Below, one piece after another: positions 7,267-14,782 of a stretch of DNA of 25,010 nucleotides (positions are counted from its first letter, which is position 1; the number at the start of each line of letters is the position of its first letter). Origin of the DNA: a virus (lineage: Duplodnaviria; Caudoviricetes); IMG/VR virus record IMGVR_UViG_3300021124_000033, positions 1-25,010 of that record, one strand, 5' to 3'. The notes beneath the pieces are model-generated. The model was given only the letters and a program-made list of their open reading frames with translations, did not search any database and had not been told where the DNA came from. The position numbers and the translations under genes were made by a program.

Positions 7267-7509
7267 TCACGCCCCCACGCATGCGCTGGTATCGCAGCCT
7301 AAAAGCCTACCTGCAGCCGCGAGCCACTCCCGAGCGGTCATCTCAGGCTGCCACGTATTGGCCAGCGCGTCGGTCGCGGCGTTGTTTCGCTGGCACCCGA
7401 GGTGCGGCGGCATGCACGCCGCGACCTGCTCGGACAGGTGACACAGCAGGGTATCGTAATCGGTATCCGTGATGCCGATCATCGGGACATTGTTGTAGTT
7501 CCTGGTCAT
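7267..7509 (-). CDS. Hypothetical protein, 80 aa, first gene of leftward operon 2
   Basis: GAGAGG RBS; heads the 1691-7509 gene chain. Confidence 0.7.
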   Translation of the reverse strand: MTRNYNNVPMIGITDTDYDTLLCHLSEQVAACMPPHLGCQRNNAATDALANTWQPEMTAREWLAAAGRLLGCDTSACVGA

Positions 7510-7554
7510 CAGATTGGTTCCTCTCTCTCTCTAAACCGGACAACGCGGCAGGGA

Positions 7555-7800
7555 CCTGGCATCCCCCGTCAAACAATCGCCGCACATCCGTCCATAGACC
7601 CCCTATAGGCGTCAATGATCGCGTCCGTCTACCACAAAAACGTCAAAAAACGAATAAATATTAGCCCTATCGCCTCATCCATATAGAGAGGCCAACCGTC
7701 GCGCCCCAACAACCCCCACAAACCGTCAAAAAACGACAAGCCAACAAACCCCTTGACACGCCACGCCACGAGAGGGGAAGAGAGGGGAGGGGGAGAGATG
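7555..7800. promoter_or_regulatory. Divergent non-coding control region
   Basis: Degenerate leader copy at ~7559-7583; CGTCAAAAAACGA direct repeat at 7641-7653 and 7724-7736 (TTGACG on the minus strand); TTGACA at 7753. Confidence 0.5.
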
Positions 7801-7884
7801 GGGAGAGCCATATACTGGTACCCCGCGCACACGCGAGAGCTACCGCTGGACAAACCAGCAGCGACCCTGGAAAGATCGCAACCT

Positions 7885-8634
7885 ATGGACACAACAGCAC
7901 CAACACCAGCGCCCGAAACCGACGCCAGCCAGGACCTGGTCAAGCGCAAACTCAAGCCCGGCCGCAAGGTCAGCCCACGCAAGGCAGCAGCACGCGCCCG
8001 ATCAAAAGCCTACGCCAAGGCCCACCCAAAAAAGCGCGGCCCCAAGCCCGGCTCAAAGCGCAAAAAAAAGCCTACACCAGATACAGGCACCACGTCCCCC
8101 GCAGCAACCTCGGACGACGCAACAGCAGACAACAGCTATCTCGCCCTCAAACCGTCCCCACGGCACATCGGCCGACCCTCAACATGCAGCGTCGAAATCT
8201 TCACCGAAGTCTGCGCACGCATGGCCCACGGTGAGTTCCTGACCTCAATATGCGACGATCCCGATATGCCGTCTTATTTCTCGGTGATTCGATGGCTCGA
8301 AAGCAACCCCGCATTTCGTCCCCTCTACACCCAAACGCGCCGCACACAAGCCCAATGGTGGGTCGAAAAGGGGGCGTTGATCGTGGCCGAAGCGACCGAT
8401 CCGCGCGTCGCGAATTTGGCCAGACTTAAGTTCGACGCGTTCAAATACCTCGCCAGCAAGTTGGATCCCGACAACTATGCCGAAAAAACCGGAGGCGCCG
8501 GCGTCACGGTCAACGTGCTGGTTGCCGAGCGTGCCAGCTCCGCGCGCAAGACGCTGCTGGCGGACCTCGCGTCCCTGGAGTCGGGCGCGCACCTGATTGA
8601 GGGCGAGGCGCGCGAGATTGAGTTCGAAGGCTGA
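7885..8634 (+). CDS. terS: Terminase small subunit (Sf6 gp1-like) with basic N-terminal extension
   Basis: GRPS..S.EI..EVCARMAHGEFLTSICDDPDMPS..SV.RWL...PAFR..Y...R...ARLKFDAFKYLASKLDP..Y.EK. Start uncertain (7798 or 7885). Confidence 0.85.
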   Translation: MDTTAPTPAPETDASQDLVKRKLKPGRKVSPRKAAARARSKAYAKAHPKKRGPKPGSKRKKKPTPDTGTTSPAATSDDATADNSYLALKPSPRHIGRPSTCSVEIFTEVCARMAHGEFLTSICDDPDMPSYFSVIRWLESNPAFRPLYTQTRRTQAQWWVEKGALIVAEATDPRVANLARLKFDAFKYLASKLDPDNYAEKTGGAGVTVNVLVAERASSARKTLLADLASLESGAHLIEGEAREIEFEG

Positions 8635-8696
8635 ATTGCCCGTTTGTTCACGGCAAGGCATTGAAATCTGACGACATTAGTTGACCTTACGCACGG

Positions 8697-8830
8697 TCAG
8701 TCGGCTCTAACTGCGTCAGAATCGCCCTTGGATGCGGCCAGGAAGCGGTAGACGCTGCTGCGTGCGATGCCCATGCGCTTCGCTATCTGCGTGGGCGTTT
8801 CCCCCGCCGCGTGCGCAAGGCTAGGATGCA
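8697..8830 (-). pseudogene. Remnant of a serine-resolvase-type C-terminal HTH (HTH_7-like)
   Basis: HAAGETPTQIAKRMGIARSSVYRFLAA...*; in-frame TAA upstream and no catalytic domain; ILAL|HAAG joins if a 2-nt insertion is removed. Confidence 0.65.
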
Positions 8831-8993
8831 AGCGGCGGATGCCTACGCCGATATGGCCGAGGACGATTTAGAGGCGCTGCCAGCTAGACCTGAGCCTGAG
8901 CAACGCGCGGCGCTTCGGGCTGCGCTGGTGGCCCGGCGGTTGCGTGGTGTGAGTATGATCCGTTGTCCGTGAGCGGGGGCGACGCGGTCAGCA

Positions 8994-9284
8994 TCATTCG
9001 TCCCTCCGCATGCCGGGATAGGGCGCATAGCTCGAGTGTACGCGCGAATGAGTGCCAAAGTCAGGCACGCACCATGGACGCGGCGCCATGATGGCCACAG
9101 CAGACTCCACCGCCCGCCGGACCTCACCCGCATCGAAAGTCAAAGCATTCCCGCGCGGCCTGCTCCACACTGGCCCCCAGATGATGTCCCAGCCGATCAA
9201 AAAATCGGCGTCGCCATGCCGGTTATAGATGCGGCGAACGACATAGCGTTGTTCGTTCGTGCGGGTAACGATATACTCGTCCAT
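8994..9284 (-). CDS. Hypothetical protein, 96 aa
   Basis: GGGAGACAGGATC-ATG start signal. Confidence 0.65.
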   Translation of the reverse strand: MDEYIVTRTNEQRYVVRRIYNRHGDADFLIGWDIIWGPVWSRPRGNALTFDAGEVRRAVESAVAIMAPRPWCVPDFGTHSRVHSSYAPYPGMRRDE

Positions 9285-9306
9285 GATCCTGTCTCCCGTT
9301 GGTTAT

Positions 9307-9331
9307 CGGCTGGTCGCCACTAGGACCGGGG
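9307..9331 (-). repeat. 25-bp element, copy 2, forming the 3' arm of an intergenic hairpin
   Basis: CACGGTCCGGGG-CGTGCT-CCCCGGTCCTAGTG on the minus strand. Confidence 0.9.
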
Positions 9332-9355
9332 AGCACGCCCCGGACCGTGCGGGAA

Positions 9356-9688
9356 TCAGACGTAAACTACCTCAACCTCGTAAATTTTCATTTCATCTCT
9401 TGTCAGCGGCCTATTGGTTCGGATAACGCCGAAAGGATGGCGGGGTTCCGCCGGCAGGTCGCGGCGGAACGGGATAAACAGATCCGAGCGACTTGGCATT
9501 GCGACGTAATCCCATTTAATGCCGGGTGGGAGGGTCGCGAACCCGGCGGGCCGATAGCGCATGGTGTAGGTGTTCAAAAAGCGGCAAGTGATGCGGTCCG
9601 TGCCCCGCTCACCGTAGTATTCGCGGTCGAACTGCACTACGGTGTAGCCCTCGGTGTTGTCGGTGTTGTCGGTGTTGAAGTCGTGCAT
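9356..9688 (-). CDS. DarA C-terminal-like domain protein, 110 aa
   Basis: YTMRYRPAGFATLPPG...HPFGVIRTNRPLTRDEMKIYEV resembles the recalled DarA_C pattern YxxxxRPxxxxxxPxG...GxxxxxRxLTxxExxxYEL. Confidence 0.6.
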   Translation of the reverse strand: MHDFNTDNTDNTEGYTVVQFDREYYGERGTDRITCRFLNTYTMRYRPAGFATLPPGIKWDYVAMPSRSDLFIPFRRDLPAEPRHPFGVIRTNRPLTRDEMKIYEVEVVYV

Positions 9689-9713
9689 GATCCTGTCTCC
9701 TGATAGGGTTGCG

Positions 9714-9890
9714 CTACTCGACAAACTCAACAACGATGCCGTCGTCCGTCTCGATGGTGACAGGCTCTGCGGTCTGGGTGAGCATGTCCCGCGCGTTGCG
9801 CACGACCGCCCGCATCATGTCGCGTGCGGCGCTTTCGTCGTCGCCATCATAGATAGCGGTCTGTTCGGCGGTCAGTGTGATTGTGGTCAT
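9714..9890 (-). CDS. Acidic hypothetical protein, 58 aa (not in ORF track)
   Basis: MTTITLTAEQTAIYDGDDESAARDMMRAVVRNARDMLTQTAEPVTIETDDGIVVEFVE*; AGGAG RBS. Confidence 0.8.
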   Translation of the reverse strand: MTTITLTAEQTAIYDGDDESAARDMMRAVVRNARDMLTQTAEPVTIETDDGIVVEFVE

Positions 9891-9914
9891 TGTCGGTCTC
9901 CTGATAGGGTGGGG

Positions 9915-10145
9915 TTAATCGGTCGGGTTGACGATGTTGATTTCTTGCAGCCAAACAGTCGGTAGATCGGGATGCCATGCGCCATTGGCTTCCGCCCACG
10001 CTTCCTCGGATGCGGCGCGTTGGTCACGCGGATCGGTCCAGCGAACAGTGACGCCGATAGCCTTGAGAGCGATTTCAATCTCGGACACGATCCGAGATTT
10101 TCCGCTCCCCGTTGGGCCTGTGACGGTCACGACAACCTCGCTCAT
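9915..10145 (-). CDS. 76-aa protein with a Walker A-like motif
   Basis: VVVTVTGPTGSGKS...EIEIALKAIGV. Confidence 0.75.
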   Translation of the reverse strand: MSEVVVTVTGPTGSGKSRIVSEIEIALKAIGVTVRWTDPRDQRAASEEAWAEANGAWHPDLPTVWLQEINIVNPTD

Positions 10146-10156
10146 AATTCCGTATC

Positions 10157-10342
10157 CTAGCCAAGTCTCGGGTGATTAAAATAATACCAGCGGGCTTGGC
10201 CGAACGTATCCAGGCCCCGCCCGTGCATGTATTCGGCGTAATCTGCCTCGTCCGGCTCCCATCCCCTACGCGCGCATTGAGCCAAATAGGCCGCATCGCC
10301 AGCGTAGGTAGGTTGCTCCGAGTATTGCGCGTTACGTGCCAT
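10157..10342 (-). CDS. Hypothetical protein, 61 aa, first gene of leftward operon 3
   Basis: GGGAGATAGGATC-ATG within leader copy 2. Confidence 0.75.
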   Translation of the reverse strand: MARNAQYSEQPTYAGDAAYLAQCARRGWEPDEADYAEYMHGRGLDTFGQARWYYFNHPRLG

Positions 10343-10387
10343 GATCCTATCTCCCATTTTCCCGTCCAGCCCATTGCCGTCCGGTGA
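10338..10387 (-). repeat. Conserved 5' leader, copy 2
   Basis: 44/50 identical to 608..657. Confidence 0.9.
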
Positions 10388-10392
10388 TCAGA

Positions 10393-10487
10393 GGTATACT
10401 CGGTGCATCCCACTATGTCACCCACACAATACTGCATCCCACTTATGCGATATGTGCATCCCACTGCCCGGACGGGTCCGCTATGTT
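10393..10487. promoter_or_regulatory. Divergent promoter with three TGCATCCCACT direct repeats
   Basis: Perfect 11-mers at 10404, 10433 and 10455. Leftward GTGACA-N17-TATACC (10421-10393) with repeat 1 in the spacer. Rightward TATGTT (10482-10487) 6 nt before ATG 10494. Confidence 0.75.
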
Positions 10488-10493
10488 GCCGGC

Positions 10494-10733
10494 ATGGCAA
10501 CACGCGCAATCAATGCACGCTCTAAGCAGGTCCCCATCCGGATCCCGCATGCCCTACATGCGGCCATGAAAGCGTCGGCAGACGAGGCCGGCCTATCGCT
10601 CGCCGGATGGGTGTTGGTCGCGTGTGCGGCCGCACTGGCGCGGCCGGACGATGCTCTTTCGCCGCCACCCCGTCACGCAATGGTGGCTGCACCGCCGCCG
10701 CCGCCAACGCCGCCGCCAATCGCCCCGGCGTGA
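10494..10733 (+). CDS. Ribbon-helix-helix (Arc/HicB-like) regulator, 79 aa
   Basis: KQVPIRIPHALHAAMKASADEAGLSLAGWVLVACAAAL; Pro-rich tail; no SD sequence. Confidence 0.8.
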   Translation: MATRAINARSKQVPIRIPHALHAAMKASADEAGLSLAGWVLVACAAALARPDDALSPPPRHAMVAAPPPPPTPPPIAPA

Positions 10734-10734
10734 A

Positions 10735-10866
10735 CGTGGCGGCAGCCGGATCGTACGCCAGCCCGGAAACATCGTTGATAATTAGTGCGCCGGCAGCTAG
10801 CGCCGCCGCCATGGTCGCGGCATTGCGGTATCGACGGACACCCGCACGCCGCGTTCGGCCAGCGCC
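10735..10866 (-). pseudogene. folP: Internal fragment of dihydropteroate synthase, frameshifted
   Basis: ALAERGVRVSVDT | RNAATMAAALAAGALIINDVSGLAYDPAAA contains the SxDT and INDVSG DHPS motifs; 1-nt deletion near 10827. Confidence 0.85.
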
Positions 10867-10879
10867 CATACGCCGTGAG

Positions 10880-11359
10880 CGCGCGGCCGGCCCGCTGCGA
10901 AACGGGAACCCTCGGGGGAACCCGAATTAGGCGCCGCGCTGCGGTGCGAAGACCCGGTTGGGCTGCCCCTGTAAAGGTCCGGCGATGGCGAACGGCCGGT
11001 GCCGGATGCATGGCGGGGCCTCGACCGGACCGAAAACAGCCGAGGGGAAAGCGCGCATCGCGGCGGCGCAGGCACGGCGCGGCGACCCGGTGCACCGGAC
11101 GATACTGGCGCGTGCGGCCGCGATACAGCGGTGCGGCCGGGTATTGGTCGCCACGGTGGACGGCGGGGTGGCGCTGGGGGCGCTCGCGGCGCCACTGTGC
11201 GCGGTGCTGGGGCTGACGGAGAAGCCGCCCGGAGACAAGGCGGGTGCGGCGGCGTTCGTTCAGGCGCACCTCATGACGTGCGACCTGACCGCCGCGGGGA
11301 CGCGGGCATTGATGGGGGCTATTCGGGAAATCGCGGGGCAACAGTCCATGCGCCGTGAG
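10880..11359 (+). pseudogene. HGGxSTG-domain gene with an in-frame amber stop
   Basis: GPLRNGNPRGNPN*APRCGAKTRLGCPCKGPAMANGRCRMHGGASTGPKTAEGKARI; TAG at 10928-10930. Confidence 0.8.
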
Positions 11360-11434
11360 AGATGCGGTGGTCGCCGCGTGCCGTCATGCTCGCTTGCGCC
11401 GACATGCGGGGCACCGGCACGGGGGACGCCCGGT

Positions 11435-11608
11435 CTATCGGGCCAGCGCCCCGATCGCGCCGATCCCGATACACCGGCCGCGGGGCAATCGTTCGACAGA
11501 CCGGCCGTCGATGCCGCCCAGCGCGGCGACCGGCAGCGGGGCTTGCCGGGCGAGCCTCGCCCAGCGGTTGGCGCCGAGCGCGGGGGCGCCGGGGTGGCTG
11601 GCGGTGGC
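11435..11608 (-). pseudogene. thiE: 3' end of thiamine-phosphate synthase (ThiE/TenI family)
   Basis: ATASHPGAPALGANRWARLARQAPLPVAALGGIDGRSVERLPRGRCIGIGAIGALAR*; TxSH and PVxALGGI motifs; no start codon. Confidence 0.85.
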
Positions 11609-11695
11609 GGTGGCGGTGGACCCCTGAAGGCAGACGCCGCACGTTGCAGCTGGCGCTCACGTGTGCGATCCTCCGCCCGACACCGTAGGAGGGGC

Positions 11696-12085
11696 ATGGA
11701 CGATCCCGTTAACAAGAGCGCGCTGCAATACGCTGATCCACCCGTGGCGTGGTCCGTGCCCGGCGACCCAGCAGCGTGGATCGTAGCGGCTGACAAGCCG
11801 GTGCGCGTGTTGGGTGGCGTTGCCGTTGCGCCGGCCGCCGCGGAAGTCCCGGCGCTGACCGAAGCATCGCTGCTGCACATGCTGGAGATGATACGCGGCC
11901 TGCCAGTCTATAACCCGCTCGACCGCGTGATCGGCGACCTAGCTGCCGACCATATCGGCGAGGCCGACCGCAGCAGGCTCGCCGCCGCGCTCGACGGCGC
12001 CAGCAAGCGGGCGGACGGCAACGAGGCGTCCGGGCGCATCACGCGGGGCGACGGCGCCGTTTGCATTGGTCACGTCGCCCCTTGA
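11696..12085 (+). CDS. Hypothetical protein, 129 aa
   Basis: Strong AGGAGG RBS before ATG 11696 (MDDPVNKS); it is the 3' part of the 375-aa track ORF. Confidence 0.6.
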   Translation: MDDPVNKSALQYADPPVAWSVPGDPAAWIVAADKPVRVLGGVAVAPAAAEVPALTEASLLHMLEMIRGLPVYNPLDRVIGDLAADHIGEADRSRLAAALDGASKRADGNEASGRITRGDGAVCIGHVAP

Positions 12086-12204
12086 CCAGCCATTCAGCCG
12101 CAGTCAGCCCCTCGCTTTGGCTTGACTTCCTCTCCCGCATCGTCAGCCGCAGCCCGGCGGCACCGGAACCACCCGGCCGCCGGGATCGCGGGGTGGCGGA
12201 GAAC

Positions 12205-12295
12205 GGTGACCCCCACCCCCCCCCTTTCTCCTGGCGAGCGCGAATTTTCTTGTCACCCCTCCCTGAATTTTGCCAAATTTTTGGAAAATTTTACG
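12205..12295. other. C-run plus phased AATTTT tracts; candidate pac or genome-end site
   Basis: C9 run followed by AATTTT at 12243, 12266, 12276 and 12287, upstream of the terL operon. Confidence 0.4.
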
Positions 12296-12314
12296 ATGAA
12301 AGGGCAATGAGCGG

Positions 12315-12614
12315 ATGGTTGACCGTTTGGCTGAGTTTGTGGATGGTGCGCCGTGCCGTGCCTGTAGTTCGCCGACTCGCTACGTGAGCATGGGCCGGTG
12401 TGTTGCGTGTGCGCGTCGGCACCAGAAGCGGTTCAACGCCAAGGTTCTGGCGGCGAGATTTGCGGGGGACAAGGCGAGGATCGGCGAGCTGGAGGATGAG
12501 GTGCGGCGGCTTCGGGCGATGATCTGTATTGGCGATGGCACAGAGGTTCCTTTGTCCGTCCTCCCTGGTGATATTGCGTTCCAGGGTCTGCTGGTTGGTG
12601 ACCGGTGCCACTGA
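12315..12614 (+). CDS. Zinc-finger-like phage protein, 99 aa
   Basis: GAPCRAC...RYVSMGRCVAC followed by a coiled coil; overlaps the terL start. Confidence 0.7.
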   Translation: MVDRLAEFVDGAPCRACSSPTRYVSMGRCVACARRHQKRFNAKVLAARFAGDKARIGELEDEVRRLRAMICIGDGTEVPLSVLPGDIAFQGLLVGDRCH

Positions 12615-14173
12615 CGGCTGAACAGATTGACGACCTTGGCCCTGACTGGGCGGCTGCTGGCGCTGCGCGTCGTGTGTGGCTTGTGGATGCGTGGAAGCAC
12701 CCTCGGAAGGGGAAGCAGATACCGCCGGCGGACCACGACTGGGATATTCTTTTGTTCCTTTCCGGGCGCGGCTTTGGGAAGACTTCGGCCACGGTTCAGT
12801 GGGCGTGGTGGGAGGATTGGCGGGTGCCGGGGATCATCACGCACGCGATCGCGCCGACGCTTTCGGATGTGCGCGGGACGCTGTTCGAAGGGCCGGCCGG
12901 GTTTTTGGCGACGATCCCGGTTGAGTGCTTGTTCGAACAGAGCGTGGAGAAGGCCTACAACAAGTCCTTGCACGAGTTGCGGCTGTCGAACGGGTCGCTG
13001 ATCCGCGGGTTCGGTGCGCAGGAAGAGGCGGGGCGTTTGCGCGGCCCCCAGTGTCACAACATGATCGCGGATGAGTTGCGAGAGTGGGAAAAGCCGGCGG
13101 GCAACCTGGAGCTGGCGATGACGAACGCGCTGTTCGGGTTGCGGCTTCGATATCCCGATGGAACGCCTTCGCGGGCGGTGATGGCGACGACGCCGAGGCC
13201 GATCCCTTTCCTGAAGCGGTTTGAGAAGCGGGCCGGCGTTCGGGTCGTGCGCGGCTCTTCGTACGAGAACATCAACAACCTGGCCAAGGCGTATCGGACC
13301 ACGCTGCTGTCGTTGGCGGGGACGGCGATCGGGCGACAGGAGATCGACGGACTCTACATCGATGAGGAGTCCGATCTTGCGATCTTGAAGCGAGGGTGGA
13401 TCAGGCTTTGGCCCAAGGATCCCGACACTGGCAAGCCGCGCAAGTTGCCCGAATTCTCGTTCATCCTGGAGGTATACGACACGGCTGCGTCTGAGGAGAA
13501 CTTCGACAAGAAATCCCAGAAGACGGATCCTTCTGGGTCGATCGTGCTGGGCGTGTTCAACGTGGCTCAGTGCTTCACCGAGGAGGAGCGGAAGAAATAC
13601 CGGGTGAGGTCGAAGTACGCGTGTTTGCTGCTGGACTGCTGGACGGAAAGACTGGGGTTGCCCGATTTGCTGGAGCGGGCGCGGGCGCAGCATCGAACCT
13701 TGTGGGGGCCAAAAGGCCGCGGCCGGCGGTCGGACATGGTGCTGATCGAGAACGCGTCTTCCGGGCCTGGGTTGCGGCAGTTCATGGCAAAGTGGGGGGT
13801 GCCGACGTGGCCCTACAACCCGCGAATCGGGAAGACGATGCGGGCGCATGCCATATCGCCCCTGATCCAGCAGGGCATGCTTTGGGTGCCTGAAAGCGGG
13901 CGGTCGGATCGAAGCGGTCTGCCGATCGACTGGGCCGAGCCCTACCTCGAACAGGTGTGTGCGTTCGGAGGAGAGGGCACGACTGAGCACGACGAGTACG
14001 TCGACGTTACGACATCGGCGTTTGCCTACCTACGCGACCGCGGCATGCTTGAGGCCACGCCAGAGCAGAAGTTTCTGGATTTGGACGAAAAGCTGGATCA
14101 GGATAGGATTGAGGCTGCCGAGGCGGCAGATCGCGAGCGTGTGCGAGAAGCGGTGAACCCCTATGGAATTTGA
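12605..14173 (+). CDS. terL: Terminase large subunit
   Basis: GRGFGKT Walker A, LRGPQ...ADE Walker B, ATTP coupling motif, nuclease residues YDTA, IEN and HDEYVD. Confidence 0.97.
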   Translation: MPLTAEQIDDLGPDWAAAGAARRVWLVDAWKHPRKGKQIPPADHDWDILLFLSGRGFGKTSATVQWAWWEDWRVPGIITHAIAPTLSDVRGTLFEGPAGFLATIPVECLFEQSVEKAYNKSLHELRLSNGSLIRGFGAQEEAGRLRGPQCHNMIADELREWEKPAGNLELAMTNALFGLRLRYPDGTPSRAVMATTPRPIPFLKRFEKRAGVRVVRGSSYENINNLAKAYRTTLLSLAGTAIGRQEIDGLYIDEESDLAILKRGWIRLWPKDPDTGKPRKLPEFSFILEVYDTAASEENFDKKSQKTDPSGSIVLGVFNVAQCFTEEERKKYRVRSKYACLLLDCWTERLGLPDLLERARAQHRTLWGPKGRGRRSDMVLIENASSGPGLRQFMAKWGVPTWPYNPRIGKTMRAHAISPLIQQGMLWVPESGRSDRSGLPIDWAEPYLEQVCAFGGEGTTEHDEYVDVTTSAFAYLRDRGMLEATPEQKFLDLDEKLDQDRIEAAEAADRERVREAVNPYGI

Positions 14174-14182
14174 GGAAAAAGC

Positions 14183-14773
14183 GTGATGAAAAACTGGCTT
14201 GACATCGAGGTTGATGGGCGCAAGTTGCGAGACTATGTCTCCGGCGATGCGCTTGGGCATAACGCCATGCTGGACTTCAATGTCCCAAAGGCTGAACTAA
14301 CATTGTCGGGGGAGTGGGAAGAAGACGAAATTGTGGGAGGGTGGGTGAAGCGCGACAAGACGTTCATCCATGCCCAGAGACAGCGAAGATCAGCTATTGT
14401 TGAAGCCCTTTCATTTGCCGAAATTGCGGCGAACGCGATGATTTTGGAAATTTCGAGCAAGCTTCCTCCGCAAAAGACCGGCTTACCGCGTGCCGATCAC
14501 ATCGGGCTACGCTACCAGACGCTTGGTGCGGGTGAAGGTAAAGCAAAAACATACGAAACGGCACGGGAGGCTATCGCTGCGATACGGTCTGAAATTCTCC
14601 AATATGCGAAGGACACTCCTGGTGATAGGCTTTGGTGGCGCACGACGCCGCCGATACAGGTGCTTGGTGGAGTGCCGTTCGGCACGACCGACGTTTTGTG
14701 GTTAGCAAGGACGCGGTTGGTGATCGGGTTCCAGAAAGACCTGTATTACGACGACGAAATCGCGGCGGAATGA
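14183..14773 (+). CDS. Hypothetical protein, paralog of 14783..15403
   Basis: GAGG RBS; shares LPPQ...Y.TLG...R.EIL.YA...LWW...PFG....W...TRLVI with the next gene. Confidence 0.85.
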   Translation: MMKNWLDIEVDGRKLRDYVSGDALGHNAMLDFNVPKAELTLSGEWEEDEIVGGWVKRDKTFIHAQRQRRSAIVEALSFAEIAANAMILEISSKLPPQKTGLPRADHIGLRYQTLGAGEGKAKTYETAREAIAAIRSEILQYAKDTPGDRLWWRTTPPIQVLGGVPFGTTDVLWLARTRLVIGFQKDLYYDDEIAAE

Positions 14774-14782
14774 GTATGAGCG

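Noticed and set aside
10404-10465. Mini-CRISPR array
   Set aside because: Repeats of 11 bp with 18- and 11-bp gaps are too short; an operator reading fits better and there are no cas genes.
10928-10930. Amber recoding (alternative genetic code)
   Set aside because: TAG appears to end normal genes (1691, 9714, 19718), the large structural genes have no internal TAG, and the adjacent folP fragment is also decayed.
10735-11608. folP and thiE as auxiliary metabolic or sulfonamide-resistance genes
   Set aside because: Only ~45 and ~57 codons remain, without starts, and one is frameshifted.
10958-12085. 375-aa ORF as one protein
   Set aside because: It is a composite of the HGGxSTG remnant, the in-register antisense of thiE and a separate gene with its own RBS at 11696.
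12380-13990. 536-aa minus-strand ORF and similar long antisense ORFs over portal and scaffold
   Set aside because: High-GC shadow frames opposite well-supported genes.
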